DNA of 64,000 nucleotides from Gammaproteobacteria bacterium (GCA_965116495.1 OZ220696.1:3712001-3776000), one strand, 5' to 3'. Shown: positions 1 to 10,668, counted from the stretch's first letter. Made by a program: numbers and translations. Notes: generated by a model from the letters alone, not told the origin.

Positions 1-265
1 GGAACTCGAGGTTATTTTCCAGTGTATCGTCTACCAGTTGCAACGATTCCCGGATGGGATCGGCAATCTCCAGGGCTTTTGCCGTCGGCGCTACGCCTTT
101 GGGCGTGCGTATGAATAATTCGTCGCCGTACAGCGCGCGCAGGCTGCTGAGGGCATTACTGATTGCCGGCTGCGATACGCATAACCTCGCGGCTGCGCGG
201 GTGATGTTGCGCTCTCTCATCACCGCGTCAAATACCTTCAGCAGGTTAAGGTTTACGTTACGCAT
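1..265 (-). CDS. LysR family transcriptional regulator (runs off window edge)
   Basis: Manual translation from ATG at 265: MRNVNLNLLKVFDAVMRERNITRAAARLCVSQPAISNALSSLRALYGDELFIRTPKGVAPT, a classic LysR HTH. Confidence 0.9.
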   Translation of the reverse strand, partial: MRNVNLNLLKVFDAVMRERNITRAAARLCVSQPAISNALSSLRALYGDELFIRTPKGVAPTAKALEIADPIRESLQLVDDTLENNLEF

Positions 266-280
266 TGCGACTTGGCCGGT

Positions 281-301
281 AATTTATGGGTGTCCCAAAT
301 T
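281..301. repeat. Half copy of GGGACACCC palindromic repeat family (family A)
   Basis: AATTTATGGGTGTCCCAAATT, same as arms at 2413-2467, 5867-5921, 24222-24360, 45546-45606. Confidence 0.85.
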
Positions 302-420
302 TGCCCGTGACTGATTGTGGCCGTATTTTCGTGTATTTTCAACTTGTAGTGCCGGTGTGCTTTGTTTATTCACTGCCTTAGGGCAATATACGCGTTTGGT
401 GATAGTTTCAGGATGGTTGA

Positions 421-2409
421 ATGGGTTTTATCGAATCGATCAAGAGAATATTGAACCGCGCGGTTGCGGACTGTTTCGCGGGGTCTGATGCGCCATTCGA
501 GTGCCAGGTGACGCCGTGCCAGGATAAACAGTTTGGTGATTACCAGTCCAACCTGGCGTTCCTGCTGGCAAAGCGGGAGAAGACCAGCCCGCGCGGGATT
601 GCCGAGGCCGTTGTCCAGAGAGTGCGTGCCGATTTCGAGTTCGCTATCGAGGCAGCCGAAACAGCGCGCAGCAGCGCCGGCGACGTTGCCGGGTCGGTGC
701 AGGCCGAACAGGCGCGGCCTGGGGAACGGGGAGATCTCGCTGCAGATGCCAAGGGGACGGATTTCAAATCCGTCCCCCGTCCGGGCGTGGAGAAGGGCGC
801 TCCGGGAGAAAGCGCCGCAGACGGCGCTGGTTCCATGAGCGCGCGGGACTTGATAGAGACCATCGAAATCGCCGGGCCGGGGTTCATAAATATCCGTATT
901 AAAGATACCGCGCTGGCCGGGGAGGTATTGCGTACCCTGGCGGACCCGAGGTGCGGGGTGGGCCGGGTCGCGCAGCCGCAACGGATCGTTGTGGACTATT
1001 CCAGCCCCAACCTCGCCAAGGACCTGCACGTGGGCACCATGCGTTCGACGGTTATCGGCGACTCCATTGCCAGGGTACTGGAATTCCTGGGCCATGACGT
1101 GCTGCGCCAGAACCATTACGGGGACTGGGGCGCCAATTTCGGTGTACTGGTTGCGATGATAAAACAGGAGTACGGCGCCGGCCTGGACGAACTGCGGGCT
1201 GCGCCGCTGGAAGCGGTGGAAGAGTTGTATTCCCGGGGCAGCAGGTTGAAGGCAACCGATGACGATTTTGCCGCCAGGGTCGCCGCTGAAGTAAATAACC
1301 TGCAATCCGGCCATCCTGAGTCGGTGGCAGTCTGGGAGGTGCTGATGGAGAAGACCCTGCGCAACTGCCACGGGTTGTACAGGACGTTCAACGTCAGCCT
1401 GGATGCGTCCCATGACTGTCCGGAGAGTTTCTATCGGGATGATCTGCCCCGGGTCGTCAGCGAGTTGTACGAACGGGACCTGCTGGTCGATGACAATAAT
1501 GCCAAATGTGCCTACCTGGACGGGTTCTATAATGTCGACGGTGACCCGCTTCCCACGATCGTGCAGAAAAGCGATGCAGGCTATAACTATTCGACCACCG
1601 ACCTGGCCGGGATCAGGCACCGGGTCAACCGGCTGGGCGCGCAGCAGATCATTGTCGTGACCGATCGTGGCCAGGAGCTGCATTTCCGCATGCTCCGGGC
1701 TTTGGCGCAGAAGGCGGGCTGGTTGCCCGACAGCGTGCAGTTGCGGCATCTTGGCTACGGCGTGATACTGCAGGAGATCACGCAGGACGGGCAGACCAGG
1801 AAGGTCAGGTTCAGGACCCGCCGCGGCGGCACGGTCAAGATAAGGGACCTGCTGGCCGAGGGGCGCCGGCGCAGCGAGCGGCTCACCCTGGAGAGAAACC
1901 CGGATATCGGTGCGGATGAACTGGATGAGATTGCCGGGAAGCTGACTATCGCCGCGCTCAAGTATGCAGACCTGAAACAGCGCCCGGAATCGGATTACAC
2001 CTTCAACTGGGACCAGATGCTCGCCAGCCAGGGTAACACGGGCATCTATATACTGTACGGTTACGTCCGTATTGCCAGCCTGTTCGCTAAATCCGGGCTG
2101 GCCGCGGAAGAACTGGCGCAAAGCCCGGGCGCGATCGCCCTGACCCATGACCTGGAGCGGGAACTGCTGATGCAGCTTGTCTCATTTCCCGAACTTTTTT
2201 CAGGTTATGAAGAGGAATTGACTTCCCACATTATCTGCCACTACCTGTATGAACTGGCGGGTTGTTACAGCCGCTTCTGGAAGGATTGCCCTGTCCTGAC
2301 GGCGACCGGGAATGTCAGGCGCACCCGCCTGGTATTAAGCCTGGCCGTGGCCCACCGCCTTAAACTGGGCCTGTCCCTGCTGGGCATCGACGTGGTAGAA
2401 CGTATGTAA
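421..2409 (+). CDS. argS: Arginine--tRNA ligase with ~60 aa low-complexity insertion in the N-terminal domain
   Basis: FGDYQSN, IAGPGFINI, DYSSPNLAKDLHVG (HIGH), NHYGDWG, YSTTDLA, GNTGIYILYGYVRI, LGIDVVERM C-terminus. Confidence 0.95.
   Translation: MGFIESIKRILNRAVADCFAGSDAPFECQVTPCQDKQFGDYQSNLAFLLAKREKTSPRGIAEAVVQRVRADFEFAIEAAETARSSAGDVAGSVQAEQARPGERGDLAADAKGTDFKSVPRPGVEKGAPGESAADGAGSMSARDLIETIEIAGPGFINIRIKDTALAGEVLRTLADPRCGVGRVAQPQRIVVDYSSPNLAKDLHVGTMRSTVIGDSIARVLEFLGHDVLRQNHYGDWGANFGVLVAMIKQEYGAGLDELRAAPLEAVEELYSRGSRLKATDDDFAARVAAEVNNLQSGHPESVAVWEVLMEKTLRNCHGLYRTFNVSLDASHDCPESFYRDDLPRVVSELYERDLLVDDNNAKCAYLDGFYNVDGDPLPTIVQKSDAGYNYSTTDLAGIRHRVNRLGAQQIIVVTDRGQELHFRMLRALAQKAGWLPDSVQLRHLGYGVILQEITQDGQTRKVRFRTRRGGTVKIRDLLAEGRRRSERLTLERNPDIGADELDEIAGKLTIAALKYADLKQRPESDYTFNWDQMLASQGNTGIYILYGYVRIASLFAKSGLAAEELAQSPGAIALTHDLERELLMQLVSFPELFSGYEEELTSHIICHYLYELAGCYSRFWKDCPVLTATGNVRRTRLVLSLAVAHRLKLGLSLLGIDVVERM
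753..777. repeat. GGGGACGGA palindrome (family D) embedded in frame in argS
   Basis: GGGGACGGATTT-C-AAATCCGTCCCC perfect inverted repeat; intergenic relatives at 16075-16098 and 49222-49245. Confidence 0.85.
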
Positions 2410-2412
2410 GCA

Positions 2413-2467
2413 AATTTGGGACACCCATGAATTAATAAATATTATTAATTCATGGGTGTCCCAAATT
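2413..2467. repeat. Family A palindrome between convergent genes
   Basis: AATTTGGGACACCCATGAATTAATAA..TTATTAATTCATGGGTGTCCCAAATT. Confidence 0.9.
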
Positions 2468-2517
2468 AGGTGCTCGCAGGGGGTGTGCCAGGGAAGGCGC
2501 ACATCAATCAGGTTTTG

Positions 2518-3366
2518 TTATTCTCCGCTTAACAGGGACTGTGCTTCGCTGCTGTAGGAGATTCCGTACCTGCTTTTCAAATCCTTGAGCAGGTCCAGTT
2601 TTACCTGTTCGGTCCGGTTCCTTTGCCAGTCCTGTAATACCCGGGTTTTGCTTTCGCTGAACGGGATTGGTTCGGCGTCCCGCACATTAAACAGGTAGAC
2701 CAGGTGGTAGCCGTAGCCGGACCGGACCGGTCCCTGCCAGCTTCCCGTCTGCACGGTGAACAGTGTTGCCGCAAAGTCTTCGCCGAACAGCCTGCCCAGT
2801 TGCGAGCGGCTGATGTCGGTGAATTCGTGCGGCAGCATGAATGCATCGCCCAGTGCTGGATTTTCATCGAGTCCTCCAGGGCGGGACAGCAACGCCGTCG
2901 CGTCTTTCTCTGCGCTGGTGTTGCGCCGGTCCTGGCTGAAATAGATATGCTTGAAACCCAGCCTGGGTTCCGTGTGGTACAGGTCGGGATGCGCCTCGTA
3001 CCATTCCATGAGTTCTGCCTCGGTGGGTGGGACCTGTTGCGCCGCGCTCTCGGCCAGCAGGGTCATTTTCTGCACCAGGCGGCGGCGCACAATCGGGTCG
3101 CCCTGTTCCAGTCCCAGTGACCTCGCTTCGCGGTAGAACAGTTCTTCAAAGAGGTAGTCTTCGAGCAGGCCATCCAGTTCGTCCGGTGTCGGTTCACGGT
3201 CAGCCCGGAGTTGCCAGGAGGCCTTGAGACGTTCTATAACGGTTTTGTCTATGGCAATTTGGTCGTCGGACCGGGTATCCGGTCCGATCAGGGAATACAG
3301 GAGGAAAATGAGGACACCTGCCAGGAAAAAATGCACCAGGGGTTCTTGCAGGATCTTTTTGCTCAC
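2518..3366 (-). CDS. PpiC/parvulin-type peptidyl-prolyl cis-trans isomerase family protein
   Basis: EPLVHFFLAG, REARSLGLEQGDPIVRRRLVQKM, WQGPVRSGYGYHLV. Confidence 0.85.
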   Translation of the reverse strand: MSKKILQEPLVHFFLAGVLIFLLYSLIGPDTRSDDQIAIDKTVIERLKASWQLRADREPTPDELDGLLEDYLFEELFYREARSLGLEQGDPIVRRRLVQKMTLLAESAAQQVPPTEAELMEWYEAHPDLYHTEPRLGFKHIYFSQDRRNTSAEKDATALLSRPGGLDENPALGDAFMLPHEFTDISRSQLGRLFGEDFAATLFTVQTGSWQGPVRSGYGYHLVYLFNVRDAEPIPFSESKTRVLQDWQRNRTEQVKLDLLKDLKSRYGISYSSEAQSLLSGE

Positions 3367-3442
3367 GAATCTTGTATAAACGGACAGTCAAGGAGATTAA
3401 TTGATATATTATCCATAAATTACGTAGATAGGAATTGCACTG

Positions 3443-5611
3443 ATGAGCGAACGAGTTGAATTACACGGATTATCCATTGCAAGGGAACTGTATGACCTGG
3501 TCTGTGATGAGATCATGCCGGATACCGGTGTCGACCCGGACCGGTTCTGGGCGGACCTGTCCCGCATCGTGGCCGATCTCGGACCCAAGAACCGGGCATT
3601 GTTGGACAAGCGTGACGAACTGCAGGCGAAGATCGACGGGTGGCACCAGGCCAACCTGGATTTTCAACCGGAGGAATACAAGGGGTTCCTTGAGGGGATT
3701 GGTTATCTTGCGCCGGAAGGCGGATCCTTCAAGGTGACTGTCGCCAATGCCGATGCGGAGATCACCCGCATCGCCGGACCGCAACTGGTGGTGCCCGTGG
3801 ATAATTCCCGTTACGCCCTGAACGCCGCAAACGCCCGCTGGGGCAGCCTGTATGATGCGTTGTACAGCACCGACGTGATCCCCGAGATAGAAGGCTGCAA
3901 ACGCGCCGGCCGGTACAATCCCGTGCGCGGCCGCAAGGTCATAGACTACGCGCGCCGCTTCCTGGACCGCGCCACGCCCATGGCCGTGGGCAGCCATGAC
4001 TACGTGGTGAAGTACAAGGTGAAATCGGGCCAGCTGGTCGGCGTCATGGGCGATGGCAGCGAGCATGGCTTGGGCAAACGTGAGCGGTTTGCCGGTTATA
4101 CCGGTAACCCGGACGCCCCCGACAGTGTCCTGCTGCGCCATAATGCCATGCATATCGAACTGCGGCTGGGGGAGGGCTACTACATCGGCCGTAACGACCT
4201 GGCCGGTGTTTACGATATTCAACTGGAAGCCGCGGTCAGTGCGATCATGGACTGCGAGGATTCGGTCTCGGCAGTGGATGCGCCGGACAAGGTGGCCGTG
4301 TACCGGAACTGGCTGGGACTTATGAAGGGCGACCTGACCCGCAAGGTGGAGAAAGACGGCAAGGTCATCGCGCGCACCCTGCACGATGACCGCAAGTACA
4401 AGGCGCCGAACGGCAGGACCCTTGTGCTGCCGGGACGGGCCTTGATGCTGCTGCGCAACGTCGGCCTGCACATGTACACCGATGCCGTGACGACGGCTGG
4501 CGGCGGGCAGATACCGGAAGGTTTTCTCGATGCCATGGTGACGACGCTGGCGGCCAAGCATGATTTACTGGGCAACGGCAGGTTCAGGAACAGCCGTACC
4601 GGCTCCATTTACATCGTCAAACCGAAACTGCACGGCCCGGAAGAGGTGGCTGCCACCGTGGAACTGTTTGAACGGGTGGAGGATGCACTGGGCCTGGACC
4701 GGTTGACCATCAAGATCGGGATTATGGATGAGGAACGCAGGACCACGGTTAACCTGAAAGAGTGTATCCGCGCCGCCGAGGACCGGGTGATATTCATCAA
4801 TACGGGTTTCCTCGACCGCACCGCTGATGAGATTCATACCAGCATGGAGGCCGGCCCCATGCTGCCCAAGGACAGGTTGAAGTCGGCGCGCTGGCTGCTT
4901 GCCTATGAAGACTGGAACGTGGATACCGGTATGGTCACCGGCCTGCCCAGGCACGCGCAGATCGGCAAGGGTATGTGGCCCGAACCGGATAACATGGCGG
5001 CCATGATGGACGTCAAGGTCAACCATCCCCGCGCCGGGGCGACCAGTGCCTGGGTCCCGTCACCCACCGCGGCCACATTGCATGCCATGCATTACCATCG
5101 GATCAACGTGGGCACGCGCCAGCGTGAGTTGATCCGGCTGAGCCGGGTCAATCCGGATGATCTGCTTGCCATCCCCCTGGTCGACAGGCATACGCTCAAT
5201 GATTTCGAGATCAGGAAAGAACTGGAAAACAACGCTCAGGGCATACTGGGTTACGTGGTGCGCTGGATTGAACAGGGAATAGGGTGCTCCAAGGTGCCTG
5301 ACGTCAATAACGTCAACCTCATGGAGGATCGGGCTACGCTGCGTATTTCCAGCCAGCATATTGCCAACTGGCTCCACCACGGCATCGTGACCAGGGAGCA
5401 GGTGGTCGATGCGTTCACGAAGATGGCGCCCCTGGTGGACTACCAGAACGCCGAAGACCCCTACTACGTCAACATGTCCCCGGACTTTGACCGGAGCATC
5501 CCGTTCCAGGCAGCCCTCGACCTGGTCTTCACCGGCCGCGAGGAACCCAACGGCTACACGGAACGGGTGCTGCACGCACGCCGCCGCCAATACAAGGAAG
5601 AACAAACCTGA
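3443..5611 (+). CDS. glcB: Malate synthase G
   Basis: [70 protein letters not shown]. Confidence 0.97.
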   Translation: MSERVELHGLSIARELYDLVCDEIMPDTGVDPDRFWADLSRIVADLGPKNRALLDKRDELQAKIDGWHQANLDFQPEEYKGFLEGIGYLAPEGGSFKVTVANADAEITRIAGPQLVVPVDNSRYALNAANARWGSLYDALYSTDVIPEIEGCKRAGRYNPVRGRKVIDYARRFLDRATPMAVGSHDYVVKYKVKSGQLVGVMGDGSEHGLGKRERFAGYTGNPDAPDSVLLRHNAMHIELRLGEGYYIGRNDLAGVYDIQLEAAVSAIMDCEDSVSAVDAPDKVAVYRNWLGLMKGDLTRKVEKDGKVIARTLHDDRKYKAPNGRTLVLPGRALMLLRNVGLHMYTDAVTTAGGGQIPEGFLDAMVTTLAAKHDLLGNGRFRNSRTGSIYIVKPKLHGPEEVAATVELFERVEDALGLDRLTIKIGIMDEERRTTVNLKECIRAAEDRVIFINTGFLDRTADEIHTSMEAGPMLPKDRLKSARWLLAYEDWNVDTGMVTGLPRHAQIGKGMWPEPDNMAAMMDVKVNHPRAGATSAWVPSPTAATLHAMHYHRINVGTRQRELIRLSRVNPDDLLAIPLVDRHTLNDFEIRKELENNAQGILGYVVRWIEQGIGCSKVPDVNNVNLMEDRATLRISSQHIANWLHHGIVTREQVVDAFTKMAPLVDYQNAEDPYYVNMSPDFDRSIPFQAALDLVFTGREEPNGYTERVLHARRRQYKEEQT

Positions 5612-5614
5612 TTT

Positions 5615-5838
5615 GATGTGCGCCTTCCCTGGCGCACCCCCTGCGGGCGTCCTTCGGACGTCCAAATCCGTTCCGGACGGATTTGTGATATGCGCCTTCC
5701 CTGGCGCACCCCCTGCGGGCGTCCTTCGGACGTCCACAAATCTGTATGGAACAGATTTGAACAGTCGAGCCTAGCGAGGCTGGCCCCGCAGGGGCGAAGT
5801 ACAGGACGTACTTTGTAAATCCGTTCCGGACGGATTTG
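5615..5838. repeat. Composite hairpin repeat (family B), two 72-bp-period units
   Basis: TGCGCCTTCCCTGGCGCACCCCCTGCGGGCGTCCTTCGGACGTCCA twice plus AAATCCGTTCCGGACGGATTT twice; reverse-strand relatives at ~2476-2506 and ~42360-42414. Confidence 0.85.
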
Positions 5839-5866
5839 TGAGACACCCATAAATTGGAACCAACCT

Positions 5867-5921
5867 AATTTGGGACACCCATGAATTAATAAATGTTTTA
5901 AATTCATGGGTGTCCCAAATT
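5867..5921. repeat. Family A palindrome
   Basis: AATTTGGGACACCCATGAATT...AATTCATGGGTGTCCCAAATT. Confidence 0.9.
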
Positions 5922-5992
5922 TCCCTTAAATATATTGCATTGCACAAACAACGGTTATAGACTTGTGTCATTTACTTCTGATGGGATAAACG

Positions 5993-6808
5993 ATGCAGAT
6001 ACAAGACAGAGTTGCCGTCGTTACGGGTGGGGCAAGCGGTATCGGGCGCGCCGTGTCGCTGGAACTGGCTCGCCGGGGTATCATGAAGATTGCCGTAATC
6101 GATCAATCCGAACAAACGGATATTGCTGTCGACCAGATCAATAATGAGATTACCCGGGATGTGGCGATAGCGTACTGCGGGGACGTCAGCGATGATGGGT
6201 TCCGCACCCGTGTTTACGATGAGGTCTGCGCCAGGTACGGGATTCCCAGTATCTGCATCCCTGCCGCCGGCATTACGCTTGATGCGCTGGCCGTCAAGGT
6301 CAACAAGGAAACGGGCAGGGCCGCCATGTACCCCAGGGAAAAATTCCAGCGTGTAGTCAATATCAATCTTATCGCCCCGGTCTACTGGGCCATGGAAATG
6401 ATTTCACGTATCGCGGAGGACAGGGCGCAGCGCGGGTTGAAAAAGTGGCACCCCGACGAGCATGTGCAGGGGACAGTGATCTTAATCGGATCCGTGTCGT
6501 CCCAGGGGGTCAAGGGCCAGATCTCCTACGCAACCACCAAGGCCGGACTGGAGGGCGCGGCGGCGACACTGATGAAGGAAGCGATTTTTTACGGCGTCCG
6601 GTGTGGGGTGATCCATCCCGGCTATACCGATACCCCCATGGTGCGGGCGCTGGGTGATGAATATATTGAAAACCACGTCCTGCCGGATACCCAGATCAAC
6701 AGGTTAATCCGGCCCGATGAGATAGCCGATGCGATCTGTTTCATGATTTCCAACTCGATCGTATCCGGCCAGTTGTGGGCGGACGCCGGCTGGCACCCGT
6801 CTGCCTAG
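5993..6808 (+). CDS. SDR family NAD(P)-dependent oxidoreductase (FabG-like)
   Basis: VTGGASGIG, YATTKAG (YxxxK), IHPGYTDTPMV. Confidence 0.9.
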   Translation: MQIQDRVAVVTGGASGIGRAVSLELARRGIMKIAVIDQSEQTDIAVDQINNEITRDVAIAYCGDVSDDGFRTRVYDEVCARYGIPSICIPAAGITLDALAVKVNKETGRAAMYPREKFQRVVNINLIAPVYWAMEMISRIAEDRAQRGLKKWHPDEHVQGTVILIGSVSSQGVKGQISYATTKAGLEGAAATLMKEAIFYGVRCGVIHPGYTDTPMVRALGDEYIENHVLPDTQINRLIRPDEIADAICFMISNSIVSGQLWADAGWHPSA

Positions 6809-6810
6809 AA

Positions 6811-6893
6811 ATATTCGGGATCAGAGTAAGAATACTCAACGGTAAACCGGCGCTGCCTGCTGGCGACTGTACTTTTACTCTGACCCCAAATAT
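6811..6893. repeat. REP-like inverted repeat GGG(G/A)TCAGAGTAA..TTACTCTGACCCC between convergent genes
   Basis: Arms at 6811-6835 and 6869-6893. Confidence 0.7.
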
Positions 6894-6904
6894 CCGAGCG
6901 GAGC

Positions 6905-7681
6905 TTATTCTATGACTAATTGCGGCTCGTCTTCCAGGCCTGCTTCGAATATATCGTCATAACCCTCGGAAGGCGGATTGCCGTCGTGGATCAGGTACCT
7001 GCGTTGCTGCAGGTAAGCCTCGCGGGTAAATGAGTAGGGATCGATGGAGGCCTCCTCGACAAATTCCGTTGCCTCCAGCAGGTTTGCCCTGTCGCTGATT
7101 AAATTCAGGGCACTGACCGGCAGCAGGAAAATGGAAGAAATATACGCAAACGGATTGGTAAAATAGCTGCCCGGCAGATCCGGGCTGTTGCGCGCAGTGT
7201 ACGGGCCGAGGAAAGGCAGGTAAAGGTAAGCGCCCGGTTCAACCCCCCATACCGCCAGGGTCTGGCCGAAGTCCTCATCGTTCTCCTTCAGGCCCATATC
7301 CGTGGCGACGTCGAATAACCCGCCGAGTCCGACCGTGGAATTGACCACAAAACGGGTCAAATCAGAGAATCCCTGGCCAAGCTTGCCCTGCAGGAACGAG
7401 TGCAGGATAACATTCAGGTATTCCAGGTTATCGAAGAAGTTCGTAATCCCGTCACGCAACGGTTCCGGCGTGATTTTTACATAGTTCCGTGCGACCGGGG
7501 TCATAATATGCTTGTCCAGTGCGTCATTGAACCTGTAGAAGGACCGGTTGGTATCCTCATACGGGTCCGGGTTGACTTCACCGTCTACGATTTGATTGCC
7601 GGCACAGCCCGTAAGTAAGGCTGCTGCCAGTAGTACTGCGAATAAAGAAACCGGACAATCATGTCTGTGTTTATTCATCAT
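6905..7681 (-). CDS. mlaA: MlaA/VacJ family lipoprotein
   Basis: Lipobox LTGC, DPYEDTNR, RFVVNSTVGLGGLFDVA, EDFGQTLAVWGV, YLYLPFLGP. Confidence 0.92.
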   Translation of the reverse strand: MMNKHRHDCPVSLFAVLLAAALLTGCAGNQIVDGEVNPDPYEDTNRSFYRFNDALDKHIMTPVARNYVKITPEPLRDGITNFFDNLEYLNVILHSFLQGKLGQGFSDLTRFVVNSTVGLGGLFDVATDMGLKENDEDFGQTLAVWGVEPGAYLYLPFLGPYTARNSPDLPGSYFTNPFAYISSIFLLPVSALNLISDRANLLEATEFVEEASIDPYSFTREAYLQQRRYLIHDGNPPSEGYDDIFEAGLEDEPQLVIE

Positions 7682-7718
7682 TACTGCTGTTCCTCATAGC
7701 TCAAAACTGCTTTGCAAG

Positions 7719-8333
7719 TCAGTTATTTTTCTCCAGCCCGTCAATTTTAGATGAAATGTCTGTAACAAGTCCATTGTATCCTTTTTCCTTGATAACGGCA
7801 GCATATTCAGCGCGTTTTAACGACAGGTCGTTCACGCCGTTGGCGCTGACGCTGATAATATACCACTTTCCTTGTTTTTCGTGCAGCAGATAATCCAGGG
7901 CCACCGTCTCATCGTCGGGCCGGCGCAGTTCGGTCCTGACCAGTACCCGCCCCCTTCTTAACGGCTCGCGGGAGATTTCATGAAACTCCTCGCCGTCGTA
8001 GCCGTTGAAGCGGGACGCATAAGTGGCCGTGCTGAAGCGGCCGAATATCCTGGTGAATTCGGCCTTCTGTTCTGCATCGAGCCGGTCACGGTAGCGGCCC
8101 AGTATGACGTCCGTAATTAACGGAATGTCGAAACAGTTGCTGATATACGGCTCCAGCTCCCGGTAACGCCCCCGGTATCCTAACTCTTCAGCCCGCTGCA
8201 TGACGCTGATCAGCTTACCGTGAAATTCATCCACAGTCGCGCCGGGCCCATCCATTTCTCCAGCACTCGCTACATATGACAGACACAATAGCAACAAAAA
8301 ATTAAGCAGGTGATGTAATAATCCAGTATTCAT
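7719..8333 (-). CDS. hpnM: MlaC/Ttg2D-like hopanoid transport protein (HpnM-like)
   Basis: Signal peptide, ATYASRFNGYDGEEF, WYIISVSANGVNDLSLKRAEY; next to hpnB/hpnH. Confidence 0.8.
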   Translation of the reverse strand: MNTGLLHHLLNFLLLLCLSYVASAGEMDGPGATVDEFHGKLISVMQRAEELGYRGRYRELEPYISNCFDIPLITDVILGRYRDRLDAEQKAEFTRIFGRFSTATYASRFNGYDGEEFHEISREPLRRGRVLVRTELRRPDDETVALDYLLHEKQGKWYIISVSANGVNDLSLKRAEYAAVIKEKGYNGLVTDISSKIDGLEKNN

Positions 8334-8383
8334 TTCGATGTGCGTAGGTAGTTTACCGTAAGAGGGTTTTGGGGGCTGCTGTT

Positions 8384-9514
8384 TCATTCCACCCTCCCGG
8401 ATACACCCGCATACTTGCGCTGTTTCCAGTCTGCGCCGCTGCCGGTCCAGCAGCGCCACGCCGAACTCCAGGTCATCAGGAGGTACAGCGCACCGGCGAG
8501 GGGTAACCCGGCGCACCAGACAGGATGGATATTATAGTAGCGCAGGGTGGGCAGGAAGCTTGCCGCCATCAGGATAATGCCGGTAACGGCGAGTATCCGG
8601 GTAGCGGGGTCGGCATAGAACAGGCCGGCTGCCGGCAGCACAAAGCCTGCGGTGAGCAGGGCGCTGCATACCAGCAGCAGGACGACGGAATAGCGCAATT
8701 GGGTATAAGCGGTCCTGGCGACCATGTTCCAGATACCCGACAGCCCGTCGTAACGGCGCCGGCTGCGGGCCGAGTGTGACAACCCTATCCAGGTGGCAAA
8801 GCCGGCCTGCCTGAACCGGCGCGCCAGCGCACAATCATCGATCAAGCTGTTTTTTATGGCCTTGAATCCACCTGCTTGCTCCAGTGAAGCGCTGCGCAGC
8901 AGGATGCAGCCGCCTGCCGCCGCCGCGACCGCTTTCGAGCCCGTGTTGGACAGGTGAAACGGGTAAAGCAGCTTGAAAAAATAAACGAAGGCCGGCATCA
9001 ACAGCTTCTCCCAGAAGGAATCCATACGCAGGAACGCGAGTAATGACACCAAGTGCAGGCCGTGCTTCCGCATCCTGGTCTGCAGCGCCGGGATGGTGCC
9101 CGGTTCCAGGCGGATATCTGCGTCCAGCAACAGGATGGTTTTCGTCTTCACGAACGCCAGGCCCTGTTGCAAGGCCCATAATTTGCCGCTCCAGCCGGGT
9201 TGCAGGGGCTGGCCGTTGATAATTGCCAGGTTTTCAAGATTCATCTCGTCTGCTTGCGCCACGGTTGCATCGGTGGACTGGTCGTCGACGAGAATGATGC
9301 GCAGGTTCCGGCCCTGGGAGGTGAGAGAGAGCAGGGTTTCGGCAATGACATCGGCTTCATTCCTGGCCGGGATCAAAACGGTGACGTCGGACAGGTCTGC
9401 GCCGGTGTTACCGTCCGCCTCCAGTGTTTCCCTGTTGCGCCAGGGTTGCCAGGGAAGCGCGAGGATACCGGTCCAGAGAATGACTCCCGGTATGACGAGC
9501 CAGGCTGGATCCAT
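8384..9514 (-). CDS. hpnB: Hopene-associated GT2 glycosyltransferase HpnB
   Basis: IPARNEA, VDDQSTD, GWSGKLWA, AAAAGGCIL, LIDDCALA, WNMVARTAYTQLRYS. Confidence 0.88.
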   Translation of the reverse strand: MDPAWLVIPGVILWTGILALPWQPWRNRETLEADGNTGADLSDVTVLIPARNEADVIAETLLSLTSQGRNLRIILVDDQSTDATVAQADEMNLENLAIINGQPLQPGWSGKLWALQQGLAFVKTKTILLLDADIRLEPGTIPALQTRMRKHGLHLVSLLAFLRMDSFWEKLLMPAFVYFFKLLYPFHLSNTGSKAVAAAAGGCILLRSASLEQAGGFKAIKNSLIDDCALARRFRQAGFATWIGLSHSARSRRRYDGLSGIWNMVARTAYTQLRYSVVLLLVCSALLTAGFVLPAAGLFYADPATRILAVTGIILMAASFLPTLRYYNIHPVWCAGLPLAGALYLLMTWSSAWRCWTGSGADWKQRKYAGVSGRVE

Positions 9515-10668
9515 TAAGCGACTTGTTTGTCTTGGTTGTCTTGTTTATTGCTACGGATTATTACCGGCGCGGGTTTGAGTTCGGCAACCAGTTTGGGTTT
9601 CGACAGTGTTGCATCTTCATCGTAGAGTATGGGCAGTTCAGGGGTCATGTCCCCGGAAGTTTTGGGTCCCATCAGGGCTACTTTCAACGCTTTCCACGGA
9701 CGTTTGACTGCGTCTTCAACCGCGGATGCCTCGTAACCACAGTGCACCATGCAGTTGGCGCATTTCGGATTGCGTCCGTTGCCGTAATTCTGCCATTCCG
9801 TTTCTTCCATCAAGGCCTTGAATGTCGGCGCATAACCCTCACCGACCAGCAGGTAACAGGGTTTCTGCCAGCCGAAAACGTTCCGGGTAGGATTGCCCCA
9901 GGGGGTGCACTGGTATTGCTGGTTGCCTGCCAGGAAATCCAGGTACAGGGATGACTGGTTAAAACGCCACTTTTTACCAACCCCTGACTTGAAGATGTCC
10001 CTGAACAGTTGTTTGCTCTCCTTGCGTTTCAGGAATACGTCCTGGCGCGGCGCCCGTTCGTAACTGTAACCGGGGGATATGGTGACCCCTTCAACGCCAA
10101 GTCCCATGGCCATGTCCATGAACTCCGCTACTTCATGGGCCTGTTCGCCCTGGAACAGTGTGCAGTTGATCGTCACCCGGAAGCCTTTGCTCCGGGCCGT
10201 TTTAATGACTGAAACACACTTGTCGAAGACACCGGTGCGACAAACGGAGGCGTCATGCCGGTCCCGGTTGCCGTCAAGGTGGATGGAAAAAGTTAGGTAG
10301 GGAGAGGGCGAATAGTCATCCATGCGCCGTTCCAGCAGCAAGGCATTGGTGCACAGGTAGACATATTTCTTCCTGGCTGCGAAGCCGCGCACTATTTCCG
10401 GCATATCCTGGTGGATCAACGGCTCCCCGCCGGCGATGGAGACGACCGGGGCACCGCACTCGTCGATGGCCTGCATACACTCTTCAACGCTGAGGCGTTT
10501 GTCCAGTATCTCCTCAGGATAGTCGATCTTGCCGCAACCGGAGCAGGCCAGGTTGCAACGGAACAGGGGTTCCAGCATCAGCACCAGGGGAAAGCGCTGT
10601 TCGCCGCGCAGCTTTTTGCCCAGGATATATTTTGAGATACGGAGTTGTTGGGTTAACGGTACAGCCAT
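9514..10668 (-). CDS. hpnH: Adenosyl-hopene transferase (radical SAM) HpnH
   Basis: PLVLMLEPLFRCNLACSGCGK (CxxxCxxC), CTPWGNPTRNVFGWQKPCYL, CANCMVHCGYE. Confidence 0.95.
   Translation of the reverse strand: MAVPLTQQLRISKYILGKKLRGEQRFPLVLMLEPLFRCNLACSGCGKIDYPEEILDKRLSVEECMQAIDECGAPVVSIAGGEPLIHQDMPEIVRGFAARKKYVYLCTNALLLERRMDDYSPSPYLTFSIHLDGNRDRHDASVCRTGVFDKCVSVIKTARSKGFRVTINCTLFQGEQAHEVAEFMDMAMGLGVEGVTISPGYSYERAPRQDVFLKRKESKQLFRDIFKSGVGKKWRFNQSSLYLDFLAGNQQYQCTPWGNPTRNVFGWQKPCYLLVGEGYAPTFKALMEETEWQNYGNGRNPKCANCMVHCGYEASAVEDAVKRPWKALKVALMGPKTSGDMTPELPILYDEDATLSKPKLVAELKPAPVIIRSNKQDNQDKQVA

Noticed and set aside
370-2148. 592-aa minus-strand ORF and similar long antisense ORFs (3470-4561, 11075-12364, 13336-14298, 24923-25891, 58341-59228)
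   Set aside because: Shadow frames of well-supported genes in GC-rich DNA; no recognisable motifs
5529-5971. Short ORFs with repeated peptides after glcB; likewise ORFs over 12503-13042, 27461-28027, 42156-42464
   Set aside because: Translations of palindromic or tandem repeats, not credible proteins
7719-8516. Extended N-termini in the ORF track (hpnM 8516, dxs 10961, cerR 33078, sel1 24241, epimerase 52623)
   Set aside because: Extensions overlap neighbouring genes or repeats; downstream ATGs match family starts
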